Source of the DNA: an uncultured virus (IMG/VR IMGVR_UViG_3300021425_003921)
Taxonomy: Duplodnaviria > Heunggongvirae > Uroviricota > Caudoviricetes
Direction: 5' to 3' (one strand)
IMG/VR virus record: IMGVR_UViG_3300021425_003921
DNA length: 20,000 nucleotides
Shown: positions 6,888-14,907 of the stretch, piece after piece
How the letters are laid out: every line of letters begins with the position of its first letter
Numbering within the stretch: position 1 is the first letter of the stretch
Notes under the pieces: generated by a model
Database searches by the model: none
The model's input: the letters and a program-made list of their open reading frames with translations, nothing else
What the model was told of the DNA's origin: nothing
Translations under genes and position numbers: made by a program

Positions 6888-8909
6888 TTATTCCTCAGCA
6901 ACCAAATCAACCCCATCAGAAGATACGGATACAAAGTCAATATCACAGACATCGTTATCACAGAATCGCTCGGCTACAATTTCTTCACCCTTAACACGAC
7001 CAAAGTTGAGTTTGCCAAGTCCAGATTTCATGTCGTTGTAAGTAGATAAATCGATAGCCTCATATGGCATTTGTGGGAAAGCCCCGAAGTCAAGTTTCGG
7101 AAGGAAAGAAATTCCTTTTAATTGATATTGGAAAACATCAAGGGCGGAAGCAATTTGCGAACCTTCAGTTTCGGGTTGGAAAGTCACGGTGCAAGAAACT
7201 TGATTATCGGCCCAATAGCGTTGAGCGACGGCAGCCAACGATAATTGTTCCCACATAGAAACTTGGTCTACGGTGCGAACTCCTTCACCAACATCTACGG
7301 GAATTTCGACGACGACGGTATCTTCTTCAGCACCGACACAAGGTTCGACCTTGTATCCGGCCTTAACTAATGAGGGAACCAAATTGGAGATTTTGCCTAA
7401 TCGCATTCGACGAATATAATATCGGCTCTCGGGAAAGTGAATTCCGGGGGTTGCACCCGCCAATAATGATACGGTGCCGGACGGCTTAATACTGGTAGTT
7501 TTAATAGATTTAGGAATGGCGAACCAATCAGAATATTCGGTGTCTAATTTTTGAATGTGGTCATATCCCGTATCCATCCAATTAATTAGATTACTCATTC
7601 CTCGATCTGCGAGGAATTGGGCAATTCCAGACATACTACAACCAATTCGTCGGTTGCGTAGCATTACTCGGTTGGTTTCCGGCCAATGGGTTTTACCAAG
7701 AGTCACAGTTTTGGCATACAGATAAGCGTATTTGAGAGTCTTGAGATAATCTTCGATGGTTTCGTGATTGTTGGGAAAAGTTTCCACAAGGCAACACAAT
7801 TCATAAGATTCTAAAGTTTGTTCCAAACACGGATTACCGCCTTTGGCTCGGTGGTCTTTGTTATTAATAGGGTCTTTCATTCGGCCATAAGCCTTCATGT
7901 TATCCAACCACGCATAGCCGGGTTCACCATTGAGGTTCACTCTTTCAGCCGTTGGGCCATAATCCATACCTACGGTTGCGAAAACGGAGTTATTAGAAGT
8001 CCATCCGTATTCGGCACGATGGGGATTTACTTCGTAATTTTTAAGGTCAATGTATTCTTCTGAGTCGGCAGGACCAAACACAATTTCGGCGGTGCGTCGG
8101 ACATTGCCAGCGACTACACACTTGCCAATCAAATTCATGATATCTACAATAGCAGTTTGACTGATAGGAGATCCGATTTCTTGAGATAGCACGGAATCGA
8201 TTTGAGTGTGAAGATCAATAAGGGGTCGAGGTCCGGAAGATTCGCCTCCAAAACCACGAATGGGTTCTCCAGCCGCTCGAATTTCAGAATAATCAAAAGT
8301 AATTGGGGCGGTGCCGAGGAAATAAGATTCAATTTGCATTCTAACAGAATCTACCCATCCTTCTCGGGTATCGGGAATAACAAATTGTTCGGGGCGACGA
8401 GTAGTTGAGGGGCCTTTGATTAATACCTTTCCAGCACCTTTGACATCGAATCCAACGCCAACACCCAACATAGAAGCATCCATCAGGAAGGTAAAGGGAG
8501 CCGAAAGATCTTCTTTAAGATTTTCGGTGGACACGAAAGCACAGTTATTGAGAGCAGCAAAAAGTCCTTTTTCTTCCGTGATGGGTGTTCCCATGGCCCA
8601 AAGCCCTCTTCCCGGCGGTAAGAATTTCATGTTGAAAATACGGTCATACATTTCTTGAGCAGAATGTTGGGCTTTCCAAGCATTCCAACCTAAGCCATGT
8701 GTTTCAATATGTCGCTTTTGCATATTATAAGTTCCTTCGACAACACGGCGAACAGTTTCCCACCATTGTTCGTTTTTTCCATCGTCCTTAAGGCGACTGT
8801 AAGTGCGGTTGTAAACCAATTCTCCAAGACCGTTAAATCCGAAAGGAGCCTTTTTGCGACGGTATTTTTCGACGAATGAATCGGTGAGGTAGAACTTGTT
8901 TTCAGACAT
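6888..8909 (-). CDS. nrdJ: Class II adenosylcobalamin-dependent ribonucleotide reductase, monomeric RTPR type
   Basis: YNRTYSR, PPGRGLW, LNNCAF, GNVRRTAE, radical-cysteine loop GNPCLEQ, KPSGTVS, C-terminal CDNDVC redox pair. 673 aa. Confidence 0.96.
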   Translation of the reverse strand: MSENKFYLTDSFVEKYRRKKAPFGFNGLGELVYNRTYSRLKDDGKNEQWWETVRRVVEGTYNMQKRHIETHGLGWNAWKAQHSAQEMYDRIFNMKFLPPGRGLWAMGTPITEEKGLFAALNNCAFVSTENLKEDLSAPFTFLMDASMLGVGVGFDVKGAGKVLIKGPSTTRRPEQFVIPDTREGWVDSVRMQIESYFLGTAPITFDYSEIRAAGEPIRGFGGESSGPRPLIDLHTQIDSVLSQEIGSPISQTAIVDIMNLIGKCVVAGNVRRTAEIVFGPADSEEYIDLKNYEVNPHRAEYGWTSNNSVFATVGMDYGPTAERVNLNGEPGYAWLDNMKAYGRMKDPINNKDHRAKGGNPCLEQTLESYELCCLVETFPNNHETIEDYLKTLKYAYLYAKTVTLGKTHWPETNRVMLRNRRIGCSMSGIAQFLADRGMSNLINWMDTGYDHIQKLDTEYSDWFAIPKSIKTTSIKPSGTVSLLAGATPGIHFPESRYYIRRMRLGKISNLVPSLVKAGYKVEPCVGAEEDTVVVEIPVDVGEGVRTVDQVSMWEQLSLAAVAQRYWADNQVSCTVTFQPETEGSQIASALDVFQYQLKGISFLPKLDFGAFPQMPYEAIDLSTYNDMKSGLGKLNFGRVKGEEIVAERFCDNDVCDIDFVSVSSDGVDLVAEE

Positions 8910-8931
8910 GAAATAAAAGTCTTGCTTCCTC

Positions 8932-8944
8932 CTATTTATAGTTT
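8932..8944 (-). promoter_or_regulatory. TATA-type promoter AAACTATAAATAG
   Basis: 23 nt before RNR ATG 8909. Confidence 0.7.
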
Positions 8945-9043
8945 GACACGAAGGTTTCTAAACCCTCTTTATTTTTGTTTAGTTTTATTTGGCTTGATTA
9001 TAGTTGTTTGGTATTAGGCGGACTCAAGACCCATTTTCTGGAG

Positions 9044-9057
9044 ATACCTATAAATAG
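9044..9057 (+). promoter_or_regulatory. TATA-type promoter ATACCTATAAATAG (divergent from RNR promoter)
   Basis: 23 nt before ATG 9080. Confidence 0.7.
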
Positions 9058-9079
9058 GTGACAACGGTAAGATGGTGTC

Positions 9080-9268
9080 ATGAAGATTCCAGAAATTTTC
9101 GTTGCCAAGGTTCGTGATTATCTGTTAAACCGACATAATACTCGATTAAAGGCGGTGTTATTGACTATGATTGAGGAGTTAGAAGCCGAAGACATTGATA
9201 AAGCCGCTCTTAGAGAAATGTTGGATGAGATTGAAGATGGAAAAATTACGGGTGATTTCGGTGCCTGA
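9080..9268 (+). CDS. Hypothetical protein (62 aa, helical, acidic)
   Basis: ORF with promoter at the conserved spacing. Confidence 0.7.
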   Translation: MKIPEIFVAKVRDYLLNRHNTRLKAVLLTMIEELEAEDIDKAALREMLDEIEDGKITGDFGA

Positions 9269-9506
9269 TTTAGTTTATAATGCCTTAATCCAACTAACAC
9301 GGATTATGTTATACAACTCTTCGGAAAGGTATGTAGACTTATGTATTCAACTGCTTAATGAAAATCAAAATCATCGTCAATATGACGCTTTAGAAAAAAT
9401 CTTTAATGATTTTATGCAGTTTTTAGATGAAGAACCCAATGAAGAAGATCGACAACATATGGATGAACATCTTGAAAAAATTCTCAATAATGAATTTGAT
9501 TGGTAA
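9261..9506 (+). CDS. Hypothetical protein (81 aa, acidic)
   Basis: Likely GTG start 9261 after SD GGTGA (9251-9255), overlapping the upstream stop. Confidence 0.65.
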   Translation: MPDLVYNALIQLTRIMLYNSSERYVDLCIQLLNENQNHRQYDALEKIFNDFMQFLDEEPNEEDRQHMDEHLEKILNNEFDW

Positions 9507-9517
9507 TCTATAAATAG
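9505..9517 (+). promoter_or_regulatory. TATA-type promoter AATCTATAAATAG
   Basis: 22 nt before ATG 9539. Inverted repeat cataaaa-taa-ttttatg (9525-9541) includes the start codon. Confidence 0.7.
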
Positions 9518-9538
9518 TAGAGGGCATAAAATAATTTT

Positions 9539-9946
9539 ATGATTCTTACTTGGAATCCTGCTTTTAGAATGCTGTTAGAAGCATTCAATGATGGAAACGA
9601 AAGAGTTTGGTTATTATATGGTTTAAATAATGCAAGTTTTTTAGAATCGGATTTTTGGCAAAGAATTAAAAACGCTAATCCTTATTTAGCCTCTTCGACC
9701 ATTATAGAAGAGTATGAAAAAATGGAAGACTCTTACGAATTCCCGGGTGGCGATTTAGAAGATTACAAAACAAACTTTAAAAAAATATTAATGAGTCCTA
9801 ATTATCGTGAAGCAGAATTTGAGGGTATATGGGATGAAAGAGAAGAATGTTGGTATATCAACAATAATTGGTATTTGGCTCCTTTTGTTTTGACCCCCAA
9901 ATATTTATTACAACAATCTATTAATTATAATAAATTAAAGTTGTGA
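9539..9946 (+). CDS. Hypothetical acidic, aromatic-rich protein
   Basis: 135 aa; ends QQSINYNKLKL, a possible degenerate AINK motif. Confidence 0.7.
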   Translation: MILTWNPAFRMLLEAFNDGNERVWLLYGLNNASFLESDFWQRIKNANPYLASSTIIEEYEKMEDSYEFPGGDLEDYKTNFKKILMSPNYREAEFEGIWDEREECWYINNNWYLAPFVLTPKYLLQQSINYNKLKL

Positions 9947-10372
9947 TGCGGGGAAAATAGTGTAAATGTTTTCCCATTGACCTTCGCCCTGATTTTCCCA
10001 CCAAAAATGAATAGTAATGGGTGATTGTATTTTCCACGGATCGGCAATTATATCGGAAATAATGTTTCGAATTTTATCTACTTTATTAAGCCATGCAGGA
10101 TCCGAAAAGTTTTCTGAATCTTCTCTCTCGGCCATATAGTAAGGATTAGAACCCATAATGGATGGGCCTTCAGTATAGAATCCAGCAACATCGAAATTTT
10201 CATATTCGTCCCAAAATTCATTTTGGTCAAACATTCGAACCTTTAAAACTTTGGTGTCTTGACCTTTTTTAAGCATATTGGTAATATTAGCGGTTTCCCT
10301 TTCTGCATAATTTATATGCAGATATTGAAAAAAGACAACATCAGAATTGCGAAGCCAATTGATAATCCCCAT
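9935..10372 (-). CDS. Hypothetical protein, N-terminal IINWLR family
   Basis: Begins MGIINWLRN; SD GGAGGAG at the end of the upstream gene. Confidence 0.75.
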   Translation of the reverse strand: MGIINWLRNSDVVFFQYLHINYAERETANITNMLKKGQDTKVLKVRMFDQNEFWDEYENFDVAGFYTEGPSIMGSNPYYMAEREDSENFSDPAWLNKVDKIRNIISDIIADPWKIQSPITIHFWWENQGEGQWENIYTIFPASQL

Positions 10373-10380
10373 AAAAAGGA

Positions 10381-10743
10381 TTACTCCTCCTTACTATTTA
10401 ACTTTTTCTTTTCAGCATTTCGGGCTCGACGAGCCTCCATATCCAAATCAGCAAGATTCATAACCGCAAATTTAAAATATTTTTTTCTTTTACTATCATA
10501 CATCCAACGAAGTTTTTGAGTTTCGGTTTCGGCAGCATATAACTCATAATGTTTCATAGAACGAGCATCAATTACTTTGGCAGACCCTCCTTTAAATAAG
10601 GTGGTAATGGCCGTATCAACAAAAGAGGCTTTGGGTTCACCCTCTTTGGGATTTTCATGTTTAGTCCATCGAGGGGTGGTAAGTCCCGTCATCATAGATT
10701 TAAGTTTGGTTTGCGATACGGTGTCGCCTTCTTTAAACATCAT
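10381..10743 (-). CDS. Hypothetical basic protein (120 aa)
   Basis: ORF with promoter 23 nt upstream. Confidence 0.7.
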   Translation of the reverse strand: MMFKEGDTVSQTKLKSMMTGLTTPRWTKHENPKEGEPKASFVDTAITTLFKGGSAKVIDARSMKHYELYAAETETQKLRWMYDSKRKKYFKFAVMNLADLDMEARRARNAEKKKLNSKEE

Positions 10744-10761
10744 ATGGTGATATAACTATCA

Positions 10762-10890
10762 TCACCAATATATAGTTTCGGTCAAAAATCCAGCAGCCAT
10801 TACGCCGGCTATAAAGAAAACAATCATTATTTTAGTAGGCAAAGTAATATCATCATCAGGTGGATGAGGATCGTGAAGTTCCCAAGACAT
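10762..10890 (-). CDS. Small single-pass membrane protein (42 aa, not in ORF track)
   Basis: MSWELHDPHPPDDDITLPTKIMIVFFIAGVMAAGFLTETIYW; fills the intergenic gap. Confidence 0.55.
   Translation of the reverse strand: MSWELHDPHPPDDDITLPTKIMIVFFIAGVMAAGFLTETIYW
10766..10778 (-). promoter_or_regulatory. TATA-type promoter AAACTATATATTG
   Basis: 23 nt before ATG 10743. 16-mer AAACTATATATTGGTG is identical to the MTase promoter. tggtgat/atcacca inverted repeat. Confidence 0.7.
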
Positions 10891-10901
10891 CGATAATCAT
10901 C

Positions 10902-11141
10902 TCAAGCAATTCTCTTAAAGGTGGCGGGGCCACGAGTGGTAGTTTTGGGTAGTTGTTCAAAGTCAGGGTCTTGCTTCATAAGAGCCGACAAACTTCGCTT
11001 AGGTGGAATTTCTCGACGACCGACATCAAACAATCGGTCAATCATGGTTTGGGCAGTTACCACTTCATCAACCAAAACTAAAGATTTGGCGGCTTGATAA
11101 GAGGTTGGCTTGTTCTTTTTTCTAATAATTTTTTTGGTCAT
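10902..11141 (-). CDS. Small basic protein, putative winged-helix DNA-binding; paralog of 6576-6830
   Basis: Shares TAxx..GRRxxPxxRxxxxxxxxxxxF pattern; directly downstream of PCNA. Confidence 0.6.
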   Translation of the reverse strand: MTKKIIRKKNKPTSYQAAKSLVLVDEVVTAQTMIDRLFDVGRREIPPKRSLSALMKQDPDFEQLPKTTTRGPATFKRIA

Positions 11142-11145
11142 GGGG

Positions 11146-11868
11146 TCACTTCCTTGGGGCTACTAAGGCGGTCATGTCAATAGACTCGTAAGTCCATTGG
11201 AATTCAATTGGGTTGTCAGGACCACCACGAAGCGTGAGGTCTTGCTTGGGGGCAGCAGTTAAAACAGATTTAACTTCTTCGGTGGTAAATTGTGAGGAGC
11301 CAATAGTTCCGGTAACTGTTTGTTGAAGTGGTGTCCAAGAAATAACTTCGTCACCTGAACCAGTAGTCCACACTAAATCTTGGTTATCGTTAGCATTGAT
11401 AATAAAACTCAAATTTTTCCCTGAAGTTTTGATAAAGTCGTTAGCCTCTTTGCCGGGGATAGTGGCATCATAGTTATGGTCAATGGCAGGCCATTCAGAA
11501 ATTTGGTGCATAAGGTCTAATCGCAATAATTTGATGTTTTGACGAATGCCGTTGGCTTGAAGATAAAAGCGATCGTTTTCATAAGTAAAAACTAATTCAT
11601 CTTTGGCAGTAAGCGTTTTGATAATTTGTCCCATACGACTAAAGATAACACCAATATCTAAATGCGTTTGAGTAGATACCCAAGAATAATCTAAGAAGGC
11701 GTCGGCCGGGGCCACGATTCGCAACATTTTATAACGATTGCCATCAACTAACATAGTAGACAATCCTTCGGAATCCCATCGAAGAATTCCTTCTTCGTTA
11801 ATGGCTTCCATGGCTCGCAAAATATTTTTAGCAAGTGGCACTCTGATTTTGGCTTGTAGTCGGGTCAT
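11146..11868 (-). CDS. pcn: DNA polymerase sliding clamp (archaeal-type PCNA, divergent)
   Basis: 240 aa. N-terminal ILRAMEAINEEGILRWDSEGLSTMLVD..MLRI...AFLDY, IGV, late PIEF and C-terminal LVAPRK match the PCNA pattern. Confidence 0.85.
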   Translation of the reverse strand: MTRLQAKIRVPLAKNILRAMEAINEEGILRWDSEGLSTMLVDGNRYKMLRIVAPADAFLDYSWVSTQTHLDIGVIFSRMGQIIKTLTAKDELVFTYENDRFYLQANGIRQNIKLLRLDLMHQISEWPAIDHNYDATIPGKEANDFIKTSGKNLSFIINANDNQDLVWTTGSGDEVISWTPLQQTVTGTIGSSQFTTEEVKSVLTAAPKQDLTLRGGPDNPIEFQWTYESIDMTALVAPRK

Positions 11869-12353
11869 GATTCATTCTCTCCTATCCATTCGTGGGAATA
11901 ACATACGACACCATATCGCACGGCGGCATTACTCATATTACGGTTACGACCTTCATGTAGTTTTCGGGCAATTCCGTTTTTGCTGGTAGGTCGCCACTTA
12001 GGAGATTTGTTGCGATACATACCTAATTTGGGATTAGTAGTTTTGCTATAATAGCGTTTTCCCTCGGATTTTATAATCATGCCGATACATTCCGATAAAG
12101 CCGTTCCTAATCCCATGCCTTGAAAGTCCGCAAGAATAACTAAGCGATGTTCTCGAAAAGCATTTTTGAGTGTTCCGCTGGGTTGAGGTAATACCGAGTT
12201 GAAGCCTACTAATTCGTCATTAAGATAAGCCACAAAACATCGGGCGGCAACATTTAATTGATTAGAAAGATAGTGATGCTTTTCAAAAACTTTCCAATAA
12301 GTTCTTTTGGCTTCAGCACCAAAGATCTCAAAGACCTCAATATTCAATTTCAA
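11865..12353 (-). CDS. GNAT acetyltransferase, Mom-like (HHYL motif)
   Basis: FEKHHYL near the N-terminus; acetyl-CoA motif A RLVILADFQGMGLG. Overlaps both the ABC ATPase and PCNA genes. Confidence 0.8.
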   Translation of the reverse strand: MKLNIEVFEIFGAEAKRTYWKVFEKHHYLSNQLNVAARCFVAYLNDELVGFNSVLPQPSGTLKNAFREHRLVILADFQGMGLGTALSECIGMIIKSEGKRYYSKTTNPKLGMYRNKSPKWRPTSKNGIARKLHEGRNRNMSNAAVRYGVVCYSHEWIGENES

Positions 12354-12951
12354 TTCGAGCCACTCTCCTGCGGTGAGTTACATCCATCTCTGCTAAGGCC
12401 ATACTATCGGTATCGAAAATCCAATCTGGTTTAAGCCAATCAATAATATCACGATGACAAGAAGCCAAAACAATGTTTTGGAGTCCTTCAGTATGAACAT
12501 AATTATGAAGAGCGATAGAAAGTGATTTGGCGACTTCTCGATTTACAACGGAAGTGTATTCATCAATAATGGCTCCATCAGATAGTTGTCGTGCTACATC
12601 GGCTCTAAATCTTTCTCCATTAGACAAAACTCGATAAGGTTTCGTCATGCTGGGAATTGATGATAATCCACAAGCCATTAGTTTTTTAACGGCTTCTTCG
12701 GGATTAGCGAAATGAGAAACGATAGCCCGATCAGACTGCCATTCATGACCTACTTCAGTAAAATTAAAATAATTTTTTAGGATTTGGGATTTTCCTGAAC
12801 CGGAAGAGCCCACGATTAAACCAATTTTGAAATTTGCCGGGGCGGTGAAATCGGGGAGGGTGAACTCAGAAGTTCCATCGAATTCATAATCAAAAGAATC
12901 GGCAAGATAATCTGTAAATTCATCAGGAATAACTTGACAAACTAATTTCAT
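12337..12951 (-). CDS. Soluble ABC-type ATPase (GNAT-associated viral family)
   Basis: Walker A GSSGSGKS, signature LSNGE, Walker B AIIDEY, H-loop ASCH. No TM partner. Start 12951 from promoter spacing. Confidence 0.88.
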   Translation of the reverse strand: MKLVCQVIPDEFTDYLADSFDYEFDGTSEFTLPDFTAPANFKIGLIVGSSGSGKSQILKNYFNFTEVGHEWQSDRAIVSHFANPEEAVKKLMACGLSSIPSMTKPYRVLSNGERFRADVARQLSDGAIIDEYTSVVNREVAKSLSIALHNYVHTEGLQNIVLASCHRDIIDWLKPDWIFDTDSMALAEMDVTHRRRVARIEIEY

Positions 12952-12972
12952 GAAGAAATTTAAGGTTACCAC

Positions 12973-12986
12973 CTATTTATAGATTT
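12973..12986 (-). promoter_or_regulatory. TATA-type promoter AAATCTATAAATAG overlapping the upstream stop codon
   Basis: 22 nt before ATG 12951. Confidence 0.7.
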
Positions 12987-13417
12987 TGCTTATTGATAGC
13001 GGCCACAAATTCGTAAGATGGCAATTCAGAAGACATAACTGTGGTGACGGCTCGTTCTCCGTTTCTTACTTTTTCTAAAGACCGTAAAGAAACAAAATAA
13101 GTGAGTTGAGGATCGAAATCCTCAGTTAAAAGACTAATTTTTATATTTTTGCCTTCTACACTACTACGGCGGGCGTATCCGGCCAATTCACTGTTGGTGC
13201 TTTGAAATTGATTATCAATCTTGGGAATATCTCCGTCCACAGGTAATTGAAAATTCAGGGCTGTATATTTTTGGCCGTCGGAAGTCATGTATGTTTTGAC
13301 ATCATAAAATCCTTGGTTAAGAATAATAACTCCGGTGTCTAAATCAATACTTCCAACAAGTTTTGTTCCTCCAGCAGTGGGAGACTCATAAACTCCGTAA
13401 ATATTGTAAGACACCAT
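12977..13417 (-). CDS. Hypothetical beta-rich protein with C-terminal AAINKQNL motif
   Basis: 146 aa with its own promoter. Confidence 0.7.
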   Translation of the reverse strand: MVSYNIYGVYESPTAGGTKLVGSIDLDTGVIILNQGFYDVKTYMTSDGQKYTALNFQLPVDGDIPKIDNQFQSTNSELAGYARRSSVEGKNIKISLLTEDFDPQLTYFVSLRSLEKVRNGERAVTTVMSSELPSYEFVAAINKQNL

Positions 13418-13438
13418 GCGATGACTTTATCATCGCTA

Positions 13439-13450
13439 CTATTTATGTTT
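13439..13450 (-). promoter_or_regulatory. TATA-type promoter AAACATAAATAG
   Basis: 22 nt before ATG 13417. Spacer hairpin GCGATGAT-AAA-GTCATCGC (13418-13436). Confidence 0.7.
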
Positions 13451-13454
13451 TTCC

Positions 13455-14852
13455 TTATTCCGTAGATTGAGAACGATTTAATGATCGCAAAATTGGTCGA
13501 AGATTAGAATTATCGTTAGAACCTCCATCCACTCGCCTTACGATATGATCGAAGTCGATAAGTCGTGGATGCACGGTAGTTCCGGAGATTGAACAAGTAA
13601 TCATGCCTTCAGAATCCATATGCGTTTCACGAAGTTCTTGGCGTTGCTTTTTGCTAATTGGTGCATTGACTTGAGGCATTCCGTTGGAATAAAGATGGTT
13701 TTCTAATTCTTCATAAGCCGTGTCAATCATGGCTAAATAGGATGAAGTATCAATACTATCTCCACGACCAGCAATTTTTACTGCAATCAAAGAAGTATTG
13801 ATTTGTGGTTCCTTTTGAACAAAATCATTAATCCATTTAGCAATAACTTGACTTTGCATAGAAAGATTAGAAATATTGTGATTTGCAAGTAAATGGCTTA
13901 GTATAATCGTGATGAAAATAGTCTTTCGAGGGTCATTACCCGAAAGAATTTCAATTCCATGTCCTGCAACTGCAGCGTAAAGATCTAAATATTGCCGTGT
14001 TTCATCTAACATATTCTTGAGATCTTTTTCAGAAAGGGTGCTCAAAGTATTGGTATCAAATTTAAACTCTTGACCATTTTTAAAGTTAGAATTATTGTTG
14101 ATATATTGATAATAATATTGTAGATGCTTAAACAAGGCTTGGATATTAGTAAGGTGGTCCATGTTTACAGAATAACCTTCATTACAATAATCTTTCCATT
14201 GTGATTTGTGAGCAAAATCATAAAGAGTTCTATAATTTGTTCGAAGATAGTTTCGAGAATGATATTTTTGCATGGGTTTAAGTCCTGTTGTCCCATCATT
14301 TAATCTAAGAAAAATATCTGCTGCTGTCCAACCATTACCTTTAGCAAATTCATACACATTAATTCTTGCATTTTCCATGTTATCTTGTTCAGTAGCAGGC
14401 AAATTGGTATAACTTCCAGAATATTTTTTTGCATTTTGATTTTCGGTAAGTGACATATATCGGCCTTGAATTTTAATATCATCATCCATATATTTCATAA
14501 GAGTCATAATTCGATGTTGTCCATCAATGATATAGTAACAAAAATTACCATCATCAAATTCCTTTTTCTCAACCATAATTTCTCCAATAGTAATATTACA
14601 AAGAACAGAATCTACCAAGCGACTGTTCCATCCTGTTTTTCGGTCTTGATATTTGCGTTGGTATTCATCAACCTTTAGACGACCTTTTTTATACAAATTA
14701 AAAAACTTTTGAAGGTTCCATGCTTGACAAGTTCCGAGGGCTTTTTTAAGTTGATTCTGTTTTGTGTTTGGTTTCTCTACCAAATCTTTTGGATCTGTGA
14801 CGACTTGGCTATTGACTGTTATGGCTTCTTCTTCTGTAATTACGACATTCAT
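13455..14852 (-). CDS. DUF262 (ParB/Srx-fold) plus C-terminal HNH nuclease, GmrSD-like
   Basis: YQRKY..W, LVDSVL, IIDGQHR and IFLRLNDG match DUF262 motifs; C-terminal CSISG..DFDHI...GGSNDNSNL..LN is HNH. ATG 14852 follows SD GGAGAGTGA. Confidence 0.85.
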   Translation of the reverse strand: MNVVITEEEAITVNSQVVTDPKDLVEKPNTKQNQLKKALGTCQAWNLQKFFNLYKKGRLKVDEYQRKYQDRKTGWNSRLVDSVLCNITIGEIMVEKKEFDDGNFCYYIIDGQHRIMTLMKYMDDDIKIQGRYMSLTENQNAKKYSGSYTNLPATEQDNMENARINVYEFAKGNGWTAADIFLRLNDGTTGLKPMQKYHSRNYLRTNYRTLYDFAHKSQWKDYCNEGYSVNMDHLTNIQALFKHLQYYYQYINNNSNFKNGQEFKFDTNTLSTLSEKDLKNMLDETRQYLDLYAAVAGHGIEILSGNDPRKTIFITIILSHLLANHNISNLSMQSQVIAKWINDFVQKEPQINTSLIAVKIAGRGDSIDTSSYLAMIDTAYEELENHLYSNGMPQVNAPISKKQRQELRETHMDSEGMITCSISGTTVHPRLIDFDHIVRRVDGGSNDNSNLRPILRSLNRSQSTE

Positions 14853-14907
14853 ATTTATCACTCTCCTGTTCTGATTTTACTTAAAAATCAATTACCCTTA
14901 TAAAGTT

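Noticed and set aside
4502..8909. Inteins or introns in ligase or RNR
   Set aside because: Lengths and motif spacing are normal; no splicing motifs seen.
8945..9043. T-rich intergenic stretch as replication origin or ncRNA
   Set aside because: No iterons or stable structure visible; explained as spacer between divergent promoters.
8932..9057. TATAAATA as a T4-type late promoter of a bacteriophage
   Set aside because: Variants (TATATATA, TTTATATA, TATAAGTA), the upstream AAAC and the fixed 22-23 nt spacing, plus PCNA and ERCC4, fit archaeal BRE-TATA better. Not formally excluded without TSS data.
12337..12951. ABC transporter
   Set aside because: No permease or binding protein nearby; coupled to a GNAT.
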